Of a stretch of 64,000 bases of DNA, positions 19,899 through 31,868 are shown piece by piece. The first letter of the stretch is position 1. Each line of letters begins with the position of its first letter. The translations under genes were made by a program, and so were the position numbers. The stretch is from contig JBDRNF010000055.1 in the NCBI GenBank assembly GCA_043811435.1, forward strand, positions 14,196-78,195, in the 5' to 3' direction. Below the pieces are notes generated by a model. It ran no database searches. It saw nothing but the letters and a program-made list of their open reading frames with translations, and had not been told where the DNA came from. Origin of the DNA: Pseudomonadota bacterium. Its GTDB lineage: Bacteria; Pseudomonadota; Alphaproteobacteria; Rhizobiales; Xanthobacteraceae.

Positions 19899-20670
19899 GG
19901 CGCTCGCTCTCCGTCCGGAACGCCTCGGCGTTGGCGTTGAAGGTGCGGTAGACGCGCTGGAGCGCCCGCTCGTCCATGCCGAGGGCGGCGAGCCAGCGGC
20001 TCAGCGACGGCGTGTTTGGCGTTTCCATCGGCCCGTAGCAGCCGTAGCAGCCGCGATCGTAGGACGGGCACAACGCGCCGCAGCCGGCATGGGTGACCGG
20101 CCCGAGGCAGGGGGTACCGTGCGCCACCATCACGCAAACGTTGCCCTTGAGTTTGCACTCGACGCAGACGCTGTGCGATGGCGTCACCAGGCGGCGCCCG
20201 ACCAGGAAGGCCGAGATGACCTCCAGCATCTGGCGCTTGTTGATCGGGCACCCGCGCAACTCGAAATCGACTGGGACATGTTCGGCGATGGCCGTCGAGG
20301 TCGCGAGCGTGCGGATGTAATCCGGCCGGGCGTAGACGACTGCGGCATATTCCTGCACGTCGGCGAAGTTGCGCAGCGCCTGGATTCCGCCCGCTGTCGC
20401 GCAGGCGCCAATGGTCACCAGGGTGCGGGACCGCCGGCGAACCTCGAGGATGCGCTCGGCGTCGTGCGGCGTGGTGATCGAACCCTCGACCAGCGAGACG
20501 TCGTATTGTCCTTTCACCTCCCCGCGGGTCGCCTCCGGGAAGTACGCAATCTCCACCGCGCCCGCGACGGCTAACAATTCATCCTCGCAGTCGAGCAGGC
20601 TGAGCTGGCAGCCGTCGCAGGAAGCAAACTTCCAGACGCCAAGCCGGGGCTTGTGCTTCTTCGCCGCCAC
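19888..20670 (-). CDS. hyhS: group 3b hydrogenase small (delta) subunit
   Basis: [42 protein letters not shown]. Confidence 0.93.
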   Translation of the reverse strand: MAAKKHKPRLGVWKFASCDGCQLSLLDCEDELLAVAGAVEIAYFPEATRGEVKGQYDVSLVEGSITTPHDAERILEVRRRSRTLVTIGACATAGGIQALRNFADVQEYAAVVYARPDYIRTLATSTAIAEHVPVDFELRGCPINKRQMLEVISAFLVGRRLVTPSHSVCVECKLKGNVCVMVAHGTPCLGPVTHAGCGALCPSYDRGCYGCYGPMETPNTPSLSRWLAALGMDERALQRVYRTFNANAEAFRTESERHGD

Positions 20671-20671
20671 G

Positions 20672-21541
20672 TCAGATCTCCCTCAGCGCGAGCAGGGTGC
20701 GCATCCGGTCGTACCGGAACACTGGCCCATCGCGGCACACGAAGACCGGCCCGAACTGGCAATGACCGCACAACCCGATCGCGCACTTCATGTTGCGCTC
20801 CATCGACAAATAGATTGCTTCATCCGCGATCCTGGCGTCGCGCAACGCCGCGATGGCAAAGCGCATCATGACCTCCGGTCCGCAGACCAGCGCGAGCGCG
20901 TGGAGCGGGTCGAACGCAGCGCGGGCGATCAACGTTGTGACCACGCCGACATGGCCGTGCCAGTCCATAGCGGCATGATCAACGGTCACCGCGACGTCGA
21001 TGTCGAGCCTGCGCCGCCAGGACTCGAGCTCGCGACGGAACAGGATATCTCCTGGGCTGCGCGTGCCGTAGAGCAGCGCGATTTTCCCGTAGCGTGCGCG
21101 TTCAGCGAGCAGCCGGTAGAGCACCGGACGCAGCGGCGCGAGGCCGAGGCCGCCAGCGACAATGACGACGTCATGTCCAACGGCCTCGGCTATCGGCCAG
21201 CCGCTTCCATATGGGCCGCGCAGACCGACCGTATCGCCGGGGCTGAGGCGCGTCAGCGCTGCTGACACGGGGCCCACGGCCCGGATCGTGTGGACGAGAC
21301 GACCTGGCTCGACGGGATCGCCGCTCAGGCTGATCGGGACCTCGCCGACCCCGAACACGGTGAGCATGTTGAACTGGCCGGGCGCAAAGGCAGGCAGGCT
21401 CTCCTGCGGCTCGATATCGAGTGTCCAGACCTGAGGTCCGTCGCGCCGGCGCCGCCGCACGCGGGCGATCCGCGGCACCATCGGGTCAGCCGCGGAAAAT
21501 ACCGTAGGCGTCGGGTCAGCTGCGAGTGCCATAGACATCAA
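20672..21541 (-). CDS. hyhG: group 3b hydrogenase gamma subunit (FAD/NAD(P)-binding, 2Fe-2S)
   Basis: [49 protein letters not shown]...CRDGPVF. Confidence 0.93.
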   Translation of the reverse strand: MMSMALAADPTPTVFSAADPMVPRIARVRRRRRDGPQVWTLDIEPQESLPAFAPGQFNMLTVFGVGEVPISLSGDPVEPGRLVHTIRAVGPVSAALTRLSPGDTVGLRGPYGSGWPIAEAVGHDVVIVAGGLGLAPLRPVLYRLLAERARYGKIALLYGTRSPGDILFRRELESWRRRLDIDVAVTVDHAAMDWHGHVGVVTTLIARAAFDPLHALALVCGPEVMMRFAIAALRDARIADEAIYLSMERNMKCAIGLCGHCQFGPVFVCRDGPVFRYDRMRTLLALREI

Positions 21542-21977
21542 GGATCTGCAGTCGGGTCGCCTGGAGGCGCTGGATCAGGATCGGCATGAAGCGCTTCATC
21601 ATCTCGTAGCCGAGATCGTGGTCACTCTCGCATTTCTGACGCAGGCAGGTCGCGTCGATCGCGATCGCGCGGGTAAGCTCGAGCGCTTTGGCGTCGTAGG
21701 TCCAGCGATAGGGCGGAATCAGCCAGGACACGCCGACGATTTCGCCCTCGCCAACCGTCTGAAAGGTAAGGGCGCCACGTCCTGGCGCCGTGAGCTGGAG
21801 CGCCACCCGGCCGTGCCGGAGCAAATAGAACCACTCGGCCGGCTCGCCCTCGTGGAACAGGTATTGCCCGGCCTCGAAAGCGACATTCTTGGCGCAGCCG
21901 CAGACGAGCTTGCAGAATTCCTCCTGCATCCCGCCGAAGAACGGATGCTCTTTCACGATGCGTTCGAGTCCTTCCAT
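21516..21977 (-). CDS. stand-alone cyclic-nucleotide-binding domain protein inside the hydrogenase operon
   Basis: HPFF...[23 protein letters not shown]...GEIVGVSWL; 153 aa, no HTH; ATG 21977. Confidence 0.88.
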   Translation of the reverse strand: MEGLERIVKEHPFFGGMQEEFCKLVCGCAKNVAFEAGQYLFHEGEPAEWFYLLRHGRVALQLTAPGRGALTFQTVGEGEIVGVSWLIPPYRWTYDAKALELTRAIAIDATCLRQKCESDHDLGYEMMKRFMPILIQRLQATRLQILDVYGTRS

Positions 21978-21988
21978 GGTGCCATTCC

Positions 21989-23104
<1,116 letters not shown>

Positions 23105-23177
23105 TGGGCCTCACGGGGTTTGATGATCTGCCTCGGGTCAGGATCGCGCGTCCGTCCGCCAGCGCTAATCCGGATAC

Positions 23178-23191
23178 ATGACTTGCATCAT
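23178..23191. promoter_or_regulatory. degenerate FNR-like palindrome upstream of the hydrogenase operon
   Basis: ATGAC-ttgc-ATCAT, about 75 nt upstream of the beta-subunit start; outer bases deviate from consensus. Confidence 0.4.
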
Positions 23192-23217
23192 GACGACACT
23201 CTTCGCCGGAGAAGAGT

Positions 23218-24006
23218 CTATTTCAAGACACGATCCCAATATTGATCGAGCGAGCGCTGCCATTCCGGATCCGCGGTTTTTGCAAAGCTACGCCGGTCCA
23301 CCGATGGCGCATCGTCTAGCGCCTTGGGCGGCACATCCAGCACGTACAACTCGTGATCCTCGGTGGCGCGAAGATCGTTCCATCGGATCGCCACCCACTT
23401 CCCGCCGATGCCGAGGAAGCCTCCGCGGGAGACCAAGATATATCGGATATCCCGCTTGTCTGGATTAAGCACGATGTCTTCGACCTTGCCGAGCCCTTCG
23501 TCCTTGAGATTGCGGATCTCTGAACCGATGAGAATCTTCGCCCGCATCAGGTGATCCATCGCGGCGACCGGCTTGGCTCGCGCGAGATGCGCCCGCCGCC
23601 AGGCCGTCTTCACGTTCAGATCGTCCGATTCGTTTCCGACGAGTTTCTGGTGTCCGTCGTAGAACTTGCGCATCGATGCCAGAACTGACTGGCACAACTC
23701 TTCGTTCCCGTCCAAAGCATAGAGATAGGCCGCATCCCACCATGCGCGCAGTTTCTGGCGCGGTGTTCCCTCAACGCCCCAGACGTAATAGCTGGGCTGC
23801 GCCGTAACGCCTCCCGACGGCAACACACCGAATCCCACCCCACCAAGCTCCTTGTCAAAGGCTTGGAGGTCCTTCACGCATTGTTGCGCGACAACTCGCG
23901 TGCCGGCTTCCTTGCCGGGAAGCGTTTCCGCGTCAGCCGCAAACACGGAAGTCGAAGAGGCCAGTATGACCGCTAGTACGATACCCGCGGAGATGGAAAG
24001 GCGCAT
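23218..24006 (-). CDS. exported PRC-barrel domain protein
   Basis: Signal peptide MRLSISAGIVLAVILASSTSVFA; C-terminal LIGSEIRN...LGKVEDIVL...YILVSRGGFLGIGGKWVAI. Confidence 0.85.
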   Translation of the reverse strand: MRLSISAGIVLAVILASSTSVFAADAETLPGKEAGTRVVAQQCVKDLQAFDKELGGVGFGVLPSGGVTAQPSYYVWGVEGTPRQKLRAWWDAAYLYALDGNEELCQSVLASMRKFYDGHQKLVGNESDDLNVKTAWRRAHLARAKPVAAMDHLMRAKILIGSEIRNLKDEGLGKVEDIVLNPDKRDIRYILVSRGGFLGIGGKWVAIRWNDLRATEDHELYVLDVPPKALDDAPSVDRRSFAKTADPEWQRSLDQYWDRVLK

Positions 24007-24204
24007 GACGTTCCTCCGAATTCTTGAAGTTGCTGCGTTACGGCTTACCGCTGAATACTCGCCTTGGGTTATATCGCCGCATTCGCAGGAAAAGTTGCGA
24101 CGAGATCGGCTACCCGCTAGAGCCAAAGCACTTCAACAAGCGCGAGCGCGACGTTCCCATCGTCACCGGTTCGTTAATGATGTGGCTGCCAGCACCAGGC
24201 GTCT

Positions 24205-24218
24205 TTGACGGATGTTAA
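24205..24218. promoter_or_regulatory. FNR/FixK-like box
   Basis: tct-TTGAC-ggat-GTTAA-aca. Confidence 0.75.
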
Positions 24219-24393
24219 ACATGCGGACCGAAGCTCGGCACCCCGCTTCGTCCACCCTTCGAAACATGAAGCCGGTGATCGTCCGCCCGCTCTACAAAAT
24301 GCGATACCGCAGCAGACGAGCCCGCCGCCTTCCACCTCGGCGCCCATCCGCACAGCGTGCCACGGTGCCCACGGCGATCCCGTCTGCCCTGCG

Positions 24394-24954
24394 TCAGCGG
24401 CGCCCGAAATAGTCGAACAGGTTGCGGCGCAGGAAGCCAATCACGCGGCTACGCAGCCCCGGAGGCTGTACGGGACAGTTTTGCATCACCTCCATCATGA
24501 CTCGCGGTGCCGAACCGAATAGGCCGCGCTGCCTGATGATGCTGCCGATCAGCGGGTTCCACTCGATCAAGGCCTTCTCCGCCTCTTTCGCCATGTATCC
24601 CGAAATGATTACCGGTGGCGGCGCGAACACTTCTGGCATGGTGCTGCATATGTCCTCGTCGCCCAGCACGTTCCAATTCGACACGTCGCCCATGTGTGGC
24701 GAGCTGAGGCCGTAAACGACCTGCGCATTCGACTCTCCCGGATTGCGAAGGAGCAAAACGCGCAAGGCTCCGCATTCACGTAGATCCCGCAATCGTCGAG
24801 GCTAATGGTGCCGAGCGCTTTCTGTGCGAGCGAAATCGCCACCACTTCGGCATGCCGTGTCACGTCGCCGTCATGCGCCACTCTGTTGATCGGACTCAGC
24901 CACAACCGTCCCATCGCGGCAGATGACGCTCGGAAGGCAAACAGGCGCGCTCAT
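24394..24954 (-). pseudogene. Zn-dependent nucleoside/nucleobase deaminase (HAE...PCxxC), frameshifted
   Basis: Three frames carry VICRDGTVVAES, NRVAHDGDVTRHAEVVAI...EPCAFCSFAIRESR and VVYGLSSPHMG...PEVFAPPP. Confidence 0.8.
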
Positions 24955-25008
24955 GGAACGGCCCCAATCCTCCGAACCAGGACCCGGCGACGTCGCGGAG
25001 ACCGCTCC

Positions 25009-25362
25009 ATGAACGAAGCCGCATCAGAAGTGCTTTCGTGGCACTCCGCCACGGTCGAAGAAGCGCTCAGACAAGTCGGGAGCCTGCCCGCCAAGCTCAG
25101 CTGGGTTGATGCGAAGAAGCGGCTTGAAGAGCACGGCCCCAATCTACTGCCGCAGAGTCGCCGCCGCAGCCTGCTGGCACAGTTCAACAACCCTGCTGAT
25201 CATCCTGTCGCCGGCGCCGGGAACCTGACAGCGGCTATTGGCCATTGGCTCGATGCTGCCGTCATCCTTCTGGCGCCAGCTTGCGACACGTTCGACCGCC
25301 TCGGTGTGAGAAACTGGCTGCAGCATGCCACTTCCACACAATTGCGGGATTCGCCCCTGTAA
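25009..25362 (+). pseudogene. N-terminal fragment of a cation-transporting P-type ATPase
   Basis: WHSATVEEAL...AKKRLEEHGPNLLP...LLAQFNNP...GHWLDAAVILL, after which similarity ends. Confidence 0.75.
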
Positions 25363-25423
25363 TGTTGTGACCCCAAGGTGGTGTGGCGGTTGAGCCGCCC
25401 AGCTGCTGGTGGGCAAGGTGGTC

Positions 25424-28099
25424 TTAGCTCCGCGCGACCGCCATCCATGCCTGCCCGCCAACCAGCGGCAGCAGGCTGCAGCCGATCGCCAGCGCCCATC
25501 CCGCCGCGCCGATCGGAGTGATTTGTAGCGCCGTCGCGAGCACTGGCACATGGACCGCTGCGAGGATCAGGACCAAGCAGAGAGCGAGCGCGTACCAGAC
25601 GAGGCGGTTCTCCGTGACGGCGTTCCGCCAGAGGCCGCTTCTGCTGCTGCGCATGTTGAAAACGTGCCAGAGCTGGGCAAGTGCGATAGTGAGGAAGGAG
25701 ACCGTCGTCGCTTGTTCGGCGGTGAGCCCAAGCCACTCGGTGGAGGTCACCAGCGCAGTGAGCGTGCTCGCCGCGATCACCGCCCCGTAGAGCGCTACGG
25801 CGCGCCACTGCGCGGCCGCAAGGATCGGCTCCTTCGGTGGCCGGGGCGGGCGGGCGAGCACGTCGCCTTCGCCCTCGCCGGTGGCAAGCGCGAAGGCAGG
25901 AAAGACGTCGGTCACCAAATTGAGGAAGAGGATCTGCAGCGGCAGCAGCGGCAACGGCAGGCCGGCGAAGACAGCGAGGCCGACCACGAGCACCTCGGCG
26001 AGATTGGAGGAGAGCAAATAGGTCGAGAAGCGGCGGATGTTGTTGAAGATAATCCGCCCCTCGCGCACCGCATGCACGATGGTGGAGAAGGCGTCGTCAA
26101 GCAGCACCATGTCGGCCGCCTCGCGCGCCACCTCGGTGCCGCGCTGGCCCATGGCGATGCCAATGTCGGCCTTGGTCAGCGCCGGCGCATCGTTGACGCC
26201 GTCGCCGATCATGGCGACCACTTGGCCATCCCGCTGGAAAAGATGGATCAGGTCGAGCTTCTGCTCTGGGCTCACCCGCGCAAAGACCTCTCTTCGGGCG
26301 ATCTCCTTGCGCTCCGCTTCGGAGGTCTCTTTCAGGCGCGGCAGCTCGGACCCCGTCGTCACCGTCGCGCCCGCCCCCGTCATGCCGACCGCGCGCGAGA
26401 TGCTGAGCGCCGTGCTCGGATGGTCGCCGGTCGCCATCACCACGCGGATGCCGGCCTGCCGTAGCGCGGCGACGGCGTCGGCAATGTCGTGCCGCGGCGG
26501 ATCGCGGAAGGCGACGAGGCCGAGGAAGACGAGTCCGCCGGCGACTGGCTGATCGGGCTCCGCCTCCGGATGAATGGCGACCGCGATCACGCGCAGCCCC
26601 TCCGCCGCAAGCTGTTCCGCGCGCGCAAGCCAGGCTGCCCGCCCGGCGTCGTCGAGTGTCGCCTGGTCCACACTGACGCGGGCTGCCGCTGCGAGCACCT
26701 CCTCCGGAGCGCCTTTTACCGCGGCGACGTACCCGTCGCCGCGGCGGTGCACCGTCGCCATCCGCTTGGTCGAAGCGTCGAACGGTTGCTCAGTCACTTC
26801 CGGGTACGTTTCTATCTGCTCGCCGCGATCGAGTCCTGCGAAGCCACCGGCGCGCAAGAGCGCCACCTCCATCGGATCGCCGGTGCCGGAACGGGCCTGA
26901 TTGTCATACTCAGCGTTTGAACAGAGCACGCCGACGAGCAGCGCCCGCATCAGCCCTGGATCGGTGGTGGGGTCGACCGGGTTCCCGCCCTTCAGAATCG
27001 CGGCGTGCAAGTGGTCGACAGAGAAATCGCCAGAGGGGGTGAGGATACGCTCTACCTCCATGCGGTTCTCGGTAAGCGTGCCGGTCTTGTCGGTCAGAAT
27101 GAGCGTGGTTGAGCCGAGCGTCTCGACGGCGGAGAGGTTCTCGACGAGTGCGTTGTGCCGCGCCATGCGAAGCATGCCTCGGGCGAGCGCCAGCGTGGCG
27201 ACGATCGGCAGGCCTTCCGGGATCGCCGCCACCGCAAGCGCGATCGCCGTCTCCACCATGAGGAACGTTGGTTTGCCGGAGTAAAGCCCGACCGCGGTGA
27301 TGACGACGGCCAGCGCCAGGGTGATCCAGACGAGTTGGCGCGACAGCAGCGCAAGCCGCTTCTGCAGCGGCGAGTCTCCGCTTTCCGCCTCTTCCACGAG
27401 TTGGGTAATCCGGCCAAGCTCGGTTGTGAGCCCGGTGGCGGTGACGATGCCCTCGCCGTTGCCACGCACCACATGCGTGCCCTTGAACAGCATGCCGCTG
27501 CGCTCGTGCAGTCCGGCTCCCTCCGGATTCGGGTCAAGGCCTTTCTCCACCGGCAGCGATTCGCCGGTGAGCGCCGACTCATCGACACTTAAGGCGGCTG
27601 AGCTTGTGCACCGCATGTCGGCCGTGACGATGTCGCCCGCCTCGAGAAGAACCACGTCGCCGGGTACCAACAGATCGGCTGAAAGGAGCTGCGACTGGCC
27701 GTCCCGGCGCACGCGCACGCTGCGCGCCCCGAGCTGCCGCAGCGCCTCCATGGAGCGCACCGCCCGCCGCTCCGTATAGAAGCCTATGGCTGCATTGATC
27801 GCGAGCACGGCAGCGATCGCCGCAGTCTGCTGATACTCGCCGAAGGCCAGTGACAGCACCATCGCGGCAGCCAGCAGCGCCACGACCGAGCTGGCAAACT
27901 GCCGCAAAATCAACGTCGTACTGGATACGGGTTTGCGCGTTGTGAGGAGGTTTGGCCCGAATTGCTTAAGCCGGCGCGTCGCCTCCTTCTGGGTCAGCCC
28001 AGCCGTCGCGTCGACGCCCAGCTGATCGACCACGGCCGCCAGGGGCAAGGCATGCGGATGCCGCAGCAGAGGCGCGGGTCGAGCCACCTTGGATTCCAT
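25424..28099 (-). CDS. cation-transporting P-type ATPase (P2-type, Ca2+/Mg2+-like)
   Basis: DESALTGES, IPEGLP, DKTGTLT, KGAPE, DPPR, TGDH, GDGVNDAPAL; 891 aa. Confidence 0.95.
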   Translation of the reverse strand: MESKVARPAPLLRHPHALPLAAVVDQLGVDATAGLTQKEATRRLKQFGPNLLTTRKPVSSTTLILRQFASSVVALLAAAMVLSLAFGEYQQTAAIAAVLAINAAIGFYTERRAVRSMEALRQLGARSVRVRRDGQSQLLSADLLVPGDVVLLEAGDIVTADMRCTSSAALSVDESALTGESLPVEKGLDPNPEGAGLHERSGMLFKGTHVVRGNGEGIVTATGLTTELGRITQLVEEAESGDSPLQKRLALLSRQLVWITLALAVVITAVGLYSGKPTFLMVETAIALAVAAIPEGLPIVATLALARGMLRMARHNALVENLSAVETLGSTTLILTDKTGTLTENRMEVERILTPSGDFSVDHLHAAILKGGNPVDPTTDPGLMRALLVGVLCSNAEYDNQARSGTGDPMEVALLRAGGFAGLDRGEQIETYPEVTEQPFDASTKRMATVHRRGDGYVAAVKGAPEEVLAAAARVSVDQATLDDAGRAAWLARAEQLAAEGLRVIAVAIHPEAEPDQPVAGGLVFLGLVAFRDPPRHDIADAVAALRQAGIRVVMATGDHPSTALSISRAVGMTGAGATVTTGSELPRLKETSEAERKEIARREVFARVSPEQKLDLIHLFQRDGQVVAMIGDGVNDAPALTKADIGIAMGQRGTEVAREAADMVLLDDAFSTIVHAVREGRIIFNNIRRFSTYLLSSNLAEVLVVGLAVFAGLPLPLLPLQILFLNLVTDVFPAFALATGEGEGDVLARPPRPPKEPILAAAQWRAVALYGAVIAASTLTALVTSTEWLGLTAEQATTVSFLTIALAQLWHVFNMRSSRSGLWRNAVTENRLVWYALALCLVLILAAVHVPVLATALQITPIGAAGWALAIGCSLLPLVGGQAWMAVARS

Positions 28100-28408
28100 G
28101 CCCCACTCCTGTCTGGGTCTGACGGTCGTGACATGCCGGATCGGGTCACCATAACGTAATCCGGCGCGGAGCCGCGCGATACGGATACTCGGCCGCCTCG
28201 CCAGATGCTTTCGAAGGCACGATACATCGTGTCATCACCGTTCGATCGATTGCGCTGTCCCGCGCGTCGTTCATCGCCGATGCTCTGGCGAGATCGAGCG
28301 CTCGCGGGGCACCGTTGCGATCACTTGAAGGGTCATCCCAAGATCTCGGCCGGTAGGCGCCTGCATCACTCCGAGGCGAACCAATGATCGCCCTGGGCCA
28401 GATCATCT

Positions 28409-28422
28409 TTGATCCTCGTTAA
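28409..28422. promoter_or_regulatory. FNR/FixK-like box in a divergent promoter region
   Basis: tct-TTGAT-cctc-GTTAA-aga. Confidence 0.8.
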
Positions 28423-28492
28423 AGACGCTACGCCTGAGAGCCTAGATTGTTCGTCGTCTTGATGAGCCGAGAGTCGATAACGGGAGACCGAG

Positions 28493-28696
28493 ATGAACCT
28501 CTTTCACCTTCACACTGAGAAGGAGCAGGGAACGACACGCCGAGCGCGGACTTGGCTCGTCATTGCCCGTAGCCTGTTCGAGGCAATGTTGTTTGTTCCG
28601 GAGGGCTTTTCCGTGAAAGCTGTCGAGGTTCAGGTGCGTACCGTCTCTGGCCCTCGCCGAGTGATTAGATTGATCGATTCACCGAGCATCCATTAA
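28493..28696 (+). CDS. small hypothetical protein
   Basis: RBS GGGAGA before the ATG, 70 nt downstream of the box; no recognisable family. Confidence 0.4.
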   Translation: MNLFHLHTEKEQGTTRRARTWLVIARSLFEAMLFVPEGFSVKAVEVQVRTVSGPRRVIRLIDSPSIH

Positions 28697-28776
28697 AGGC
28701 TGCGATGTGCTGATCGTCAGCGCCGTGCCGCCGGCGCTTCTCTTGCGGCGTCTACGACAGATGAAAGGGCAGAGCC

Positions 28777-28956
28777 ATGGAATGGGTATCAGCGAACTGG
28801 GTCTGGATACTGATCGCCGTTGCCTTCGTCGCCATGCACATGTTTGGACACGGCGGCCATGGAGGACATGGCGGGCATGGCGAAGACGACGGAAGAACGA
28901 GCCGTAGGCCTTCCGGGAAACGCGAGGAGGACAGACCGGCAGGCCATCATCACTAG
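28777..28956 (+). CDS. small His-rich membrane protein (DUF2933-like)
   Basis: Not in the ORF track (59 aa): MEWVSANWVWILIAVAFVAMHMFGHGGHGGHGGHGEDD...PAGHHH*. Confidence 0.8.
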   Translation: MEWVSANWVWILIAVAFVAMHMFGHGGHGGHGGHGEDDGRTSRRPSGKREEDRPAGHHH

Positions 28957-29101
28957 CGGCCATGGTCGAGGACGCGATCGGACCGGGGTCCGGTACGAGA
29001 CTCTGCCGCGCGCGAGCTGGGCTCCAAGAGCAATGCAAATGATCTCGTGCCCCAAGAGAGGGCAGCCGGGGAAGTATTCATCTCAATGTATGGAGAGCAC
29101 G

Positions 29102-29362
29102 ATGCTGAACACGAAACTGGTGACCTGGGCATTGGGGATCTTTGCCGCCATCACCTTCGTGCTTTGCGTGATTTATGGCCTGGTAACGCCGAAAAGCCTG
29201 CACATGAGCGGATTTCTCGAAATGGTGCTGCCGGCGTTCAAGTGGCTTACCTGGTGGGGCTTTCTGCTCGGCCTCGTCGAGAGCTTCCTGTACGGCGTCT
29301 ATGCCGGCTTGGTGTATTGTCCGATCTACAACTGGTTGCACCGGCGCTGGAGCAGAAGGTGA
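29102..29362 (+). CDS. small membrane protein (DUF5676-like)
   Basis: MLNTKLVTWALG...FVLCVIYG...LPAFKWLTWWGFLLGLVESFLYGVY; RBS GGAGAG. Confidence 0.75.
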   Translation: MLNTKLVTWALGIFAAITFVLCVIYGLVTPKSLHMSGFLEMVLPAFKWLTWWGFLLGLVESFLYGVYAGLVYCPIYNWLHRRWSRR

Positions 29363-29542
29363 GCCGTAACGCAAAGCCGAACACGAAAACAACAGATGTT
29401 CTTTGAAGCCGACCGTTTCCGATTCTCGTCGGTTGGACGGGGCGGGGGTTAAAACGGACGAAAGTCCCGCTCGGAATCCGCATCACTGCGATTGACATCG
29501 GCTGGCATCAGAGATGCGGAGCCTAACCCACGGAGAAACTCG

Positions 29543-29716
29543 ATGACCGTCGCACGCGTGACTAAGATTACGGCAGCATCACCAAGAGCTTTGATGATGC
29601 GGTCCACGGTGGGATCGAGCGCGCCGCCAAGACATCGCGTGGAATTACCGGCTTTCACGTGATCGAGCAAAAAGCCATGGTCGCCAATGGAAACGTATCG
29701 CAGTATCGATTGGTCT
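29543..29716 (+). pseudogene. dodecin pseudogene (paralogue of 33598-33801)
   Basis: MTVARVTKITAAS, then a 1-nt frameshift, then KSFDDAVHGGIERAAKTSRGITGFHVIEQKA...QYR; the 3' end is replaced by a promoter box. Confidence 0.85.
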
Positions 29717-29730
29717 TTGATCGAAGTTTA
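29717..29730. promoter_or_regulatory. FNR/FixK-like box (repeat copy)
   Basis: tct-TTGAT-cgaa-GTTTA-aga; 29713-29733 is identical to 36915-36935. Confidence 0.68.
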
Positions 29731-29818
29731 AGATTTCCACAAGACACAGCGTTAGTTTGCGGGCGATTGCTGTCGGCGTCATACCACCCATCAATCCTGG
29801 ACGCGCGACCTTGACACC

Positions 29819-30295
29819 ATGGACTTGAGCTTGCTTCGACGGTTTCTCCTACCCGGCCCGAGTGATCGAATACTCTTTTCGGGTTGTTACCTGCTCGTGG
29901 CGACAAGCCTAAATCTCCTATGGGAATTAGCGCAACTGCCTTTCTATACAATTTGGCGTGACTCGCCGATCCGCGACTCACTCCTCGCGGCGGTCCATTG
30001 CACGGCCGGCGACGTCATCATCGCCGCATTGGTCCTTGTATGCGCCGTACTGCTCATGGGGCGTAATTGGCCACAGGACAACTATTTGAAGGTCGCCGTG
30101 CTTACCGTCATCCTCGGCGTTGCCTATACGATTTTCAGCGAGTGGCTGAACGTCGAAGTCAGGCGGACCTGGGCCTACGCGCCAGCTATGCTTCGCCTGC
30201 CGTGGGTAGGGACGGGGCTCGCGCCGCTTGCTCAATGGATAGTGATCCCCTCCGTAGCCTTCTTCCTCCTAAAACGGCGCGCTTCCAGCCGCTGA
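29819..30295 (+). CDS. hypothetical membrane protein
   Basis: About four hydrophobic segments; LNLLWELAQLPFYTIW, VHCTAGDV, YTIFSEWLNV, GLAPLAQW. Confidence 0.75.
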   Translation: MDLSLLRRFLLPGPSDRILFSGCYLLVATSLNLLWELAQLPFYTIWRDSPIRDSLLAAVHCTAGDVIIAALVLVCAVLLMGRNWPQDNYLKVAVLTVILGVAYTIFSEWLNVEVRRTWAYAPAMLRLPWVGTGLAPLAQWIVIPSVAFFLLKRRASSR

Positions 30296-30463
30296 ACCGA
30301 GCGATCAAATCGCAGCGGAAAGACGACTAAAGTCGGGGATCAAAATTGAAACTGAGCGACTCACACCCCATGTAAGTGGTCGATCAGAAACGGCCTCATG
30401 GCCCACCCACCAGTCCCGGATGAGCGACCTTGCGGGTCGTTTTCTGAGGAGATGGAGGTTGTC

Positions 30464-30800
30464 ATGAGAGCACCCTCTATAATTTCTTCTCGTTGCTGCG
30501 ACGGCTTCGGCTGCTGCGCACGCTGCTCAGGAGGAAACTGTTGGCGGATCGGCTACGGCGATCCGCAGAGTCGTTTCCGGCCAGACCTGTGCCGGAGACG
30601 ATGTCCTGATCTTCGGGGAAAGTAGCCCCGGGTCGGCTGGGACCTTCGAACGCAAGGGTCGCCCGAACGGGACCTACGCCGTCGGCGATGGCACGATCCT
30701 GATTCGTCGCGGGCAGGATCTGCATGGGCACGTGACCTCGGTTGCTGTGTCCGACCACGTGCTCTACATGAGCACCGGCACCTACCGGTGCGGAGAGTAG
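30464..30800 (+). pseudogene. exported hypothetical protein with a frameshift in the signal peptide
   Basis: RBS GGAGG and ATG 30464 are out of frame with an open stretch FLLVAATASAAAHAAQEETVGG...SGQTCAGDD...STGTYRCGE*. Confidence 0.55.
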
Positions 30801-31214
30801 AGTTCTAGGCGGCGGCAGTCGACAATCCGCAATTTGGCGGCCACGGGCCTCATCACGTGGATTCGACCGAGCAGGCGTCGCTCGGCGCGACCGAAGCGAA
30901 GTACGCAAACGGCGAACCAGCACTTTTTTCGCTTCGACGACGAAGTACAGGCGCCAGCACTCTCAAGCGCCCCCGTCTGGTCGGACGGAGCACGATTGTG
31001 GCGAACGGCCCCAGAAGTGGCAATCGTTGGGTGAGGACAAGCTATTAGCACGACGGCGGCATCGATCGCCATCGTTGCTGAAGGATCCGTCCCGACAGCG
31101 CCCGAATCGAGCAAGTGGTTGCTTATTGGAACATCGCCCGCCCGATATGGGCTTGCATGCAGTTTTATAGTTCCGCAAGGTGACGATCTAGCACAAAGGA
31201 TCTCCATCCCATTC

Positions 31215-31868
31215 ATGCCGAGCAACGCAATGCCGACGGACGAGCAGGAAACCGACCCAGCAGTCGCGGAACTTACCCCTACCGCCATCCGCGCCTTGGC
31301 GGACATTCACGACACGTTCCTCCAGTTTCTGCGGCGCAATCTGAGAAACGAAAGTGACGCGGAAGAGGCGATGCAGCAGTTCTATCTCCGCGTCGTTGTC
31401 CATGCGTCCCAGTTACGGAAGGAGGAAAGCGTGCTTGCTTGGCTCCGCCGCCTCTTGCAGAGTGCGTTGAGCGACTATCGGAGGCGAGCAGCGGCCCGGG
31501 AACGCGCAGAAGCCGATTTCGCCCGCAAGGACGAGGCCACGCCGCCCTCGACGGATGATCTGGAGACCTTCGTATGCATGTGCCTTTACAAGCTGCTCCC
31601 TCTCCTCAAACCGGAATATACTGAGATCCTGCGCCGGGTAGACCTGGAAAACGAGCCACGGGAGGCCGTCGCCGCGGCCCTGGGGCTTGCCCTGGGCAAC
31701 CTCACGGTTCGTCTTCACCGGGCGCGCCAAGCCCTCCGCCGGGCGCTGCAGCTGACATGTGAGACGTGTCCGATCCACGGGTATCTCGACTGTGGATGCG
31801 AGTATATGAAACGATTGCGGTCCGGACGCTTCCCCGGCACCGGACCGTCCAGGTCAGTCGGGGTGTAA
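31215..31868 (+). CDS. ECF sigma factor with CxC linker and C-terminal Cys-rich domain (CorE-like)
   Basis: sigma2 (DAEEAMQQFYLR, AWLRRLL..ALSDYRR), VCMC, sigma4 (VRLHRARQALR), tail CETCPIHGYLDCGC; start 31215 or 31230. Confidence 0.88.
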   Translation: MPSNAMPTDEQETDPAVAELTPTAIRALADIHDTFLQFLRRNLRNESDAEEAMQQFYLRVVVHASQLRKEESVLAWLRRLLQSALSDYRRRAAARERAEADFARKDEATPPSTDDLETFVCMCLYKLLPLLKPEYTEILRRVDLENEPREAVAAALGLALGNLTVRLHRARQALRRALQLTCETCPIHGYLDCGCEYMKRLRSGRFPGTGPSRSVGV

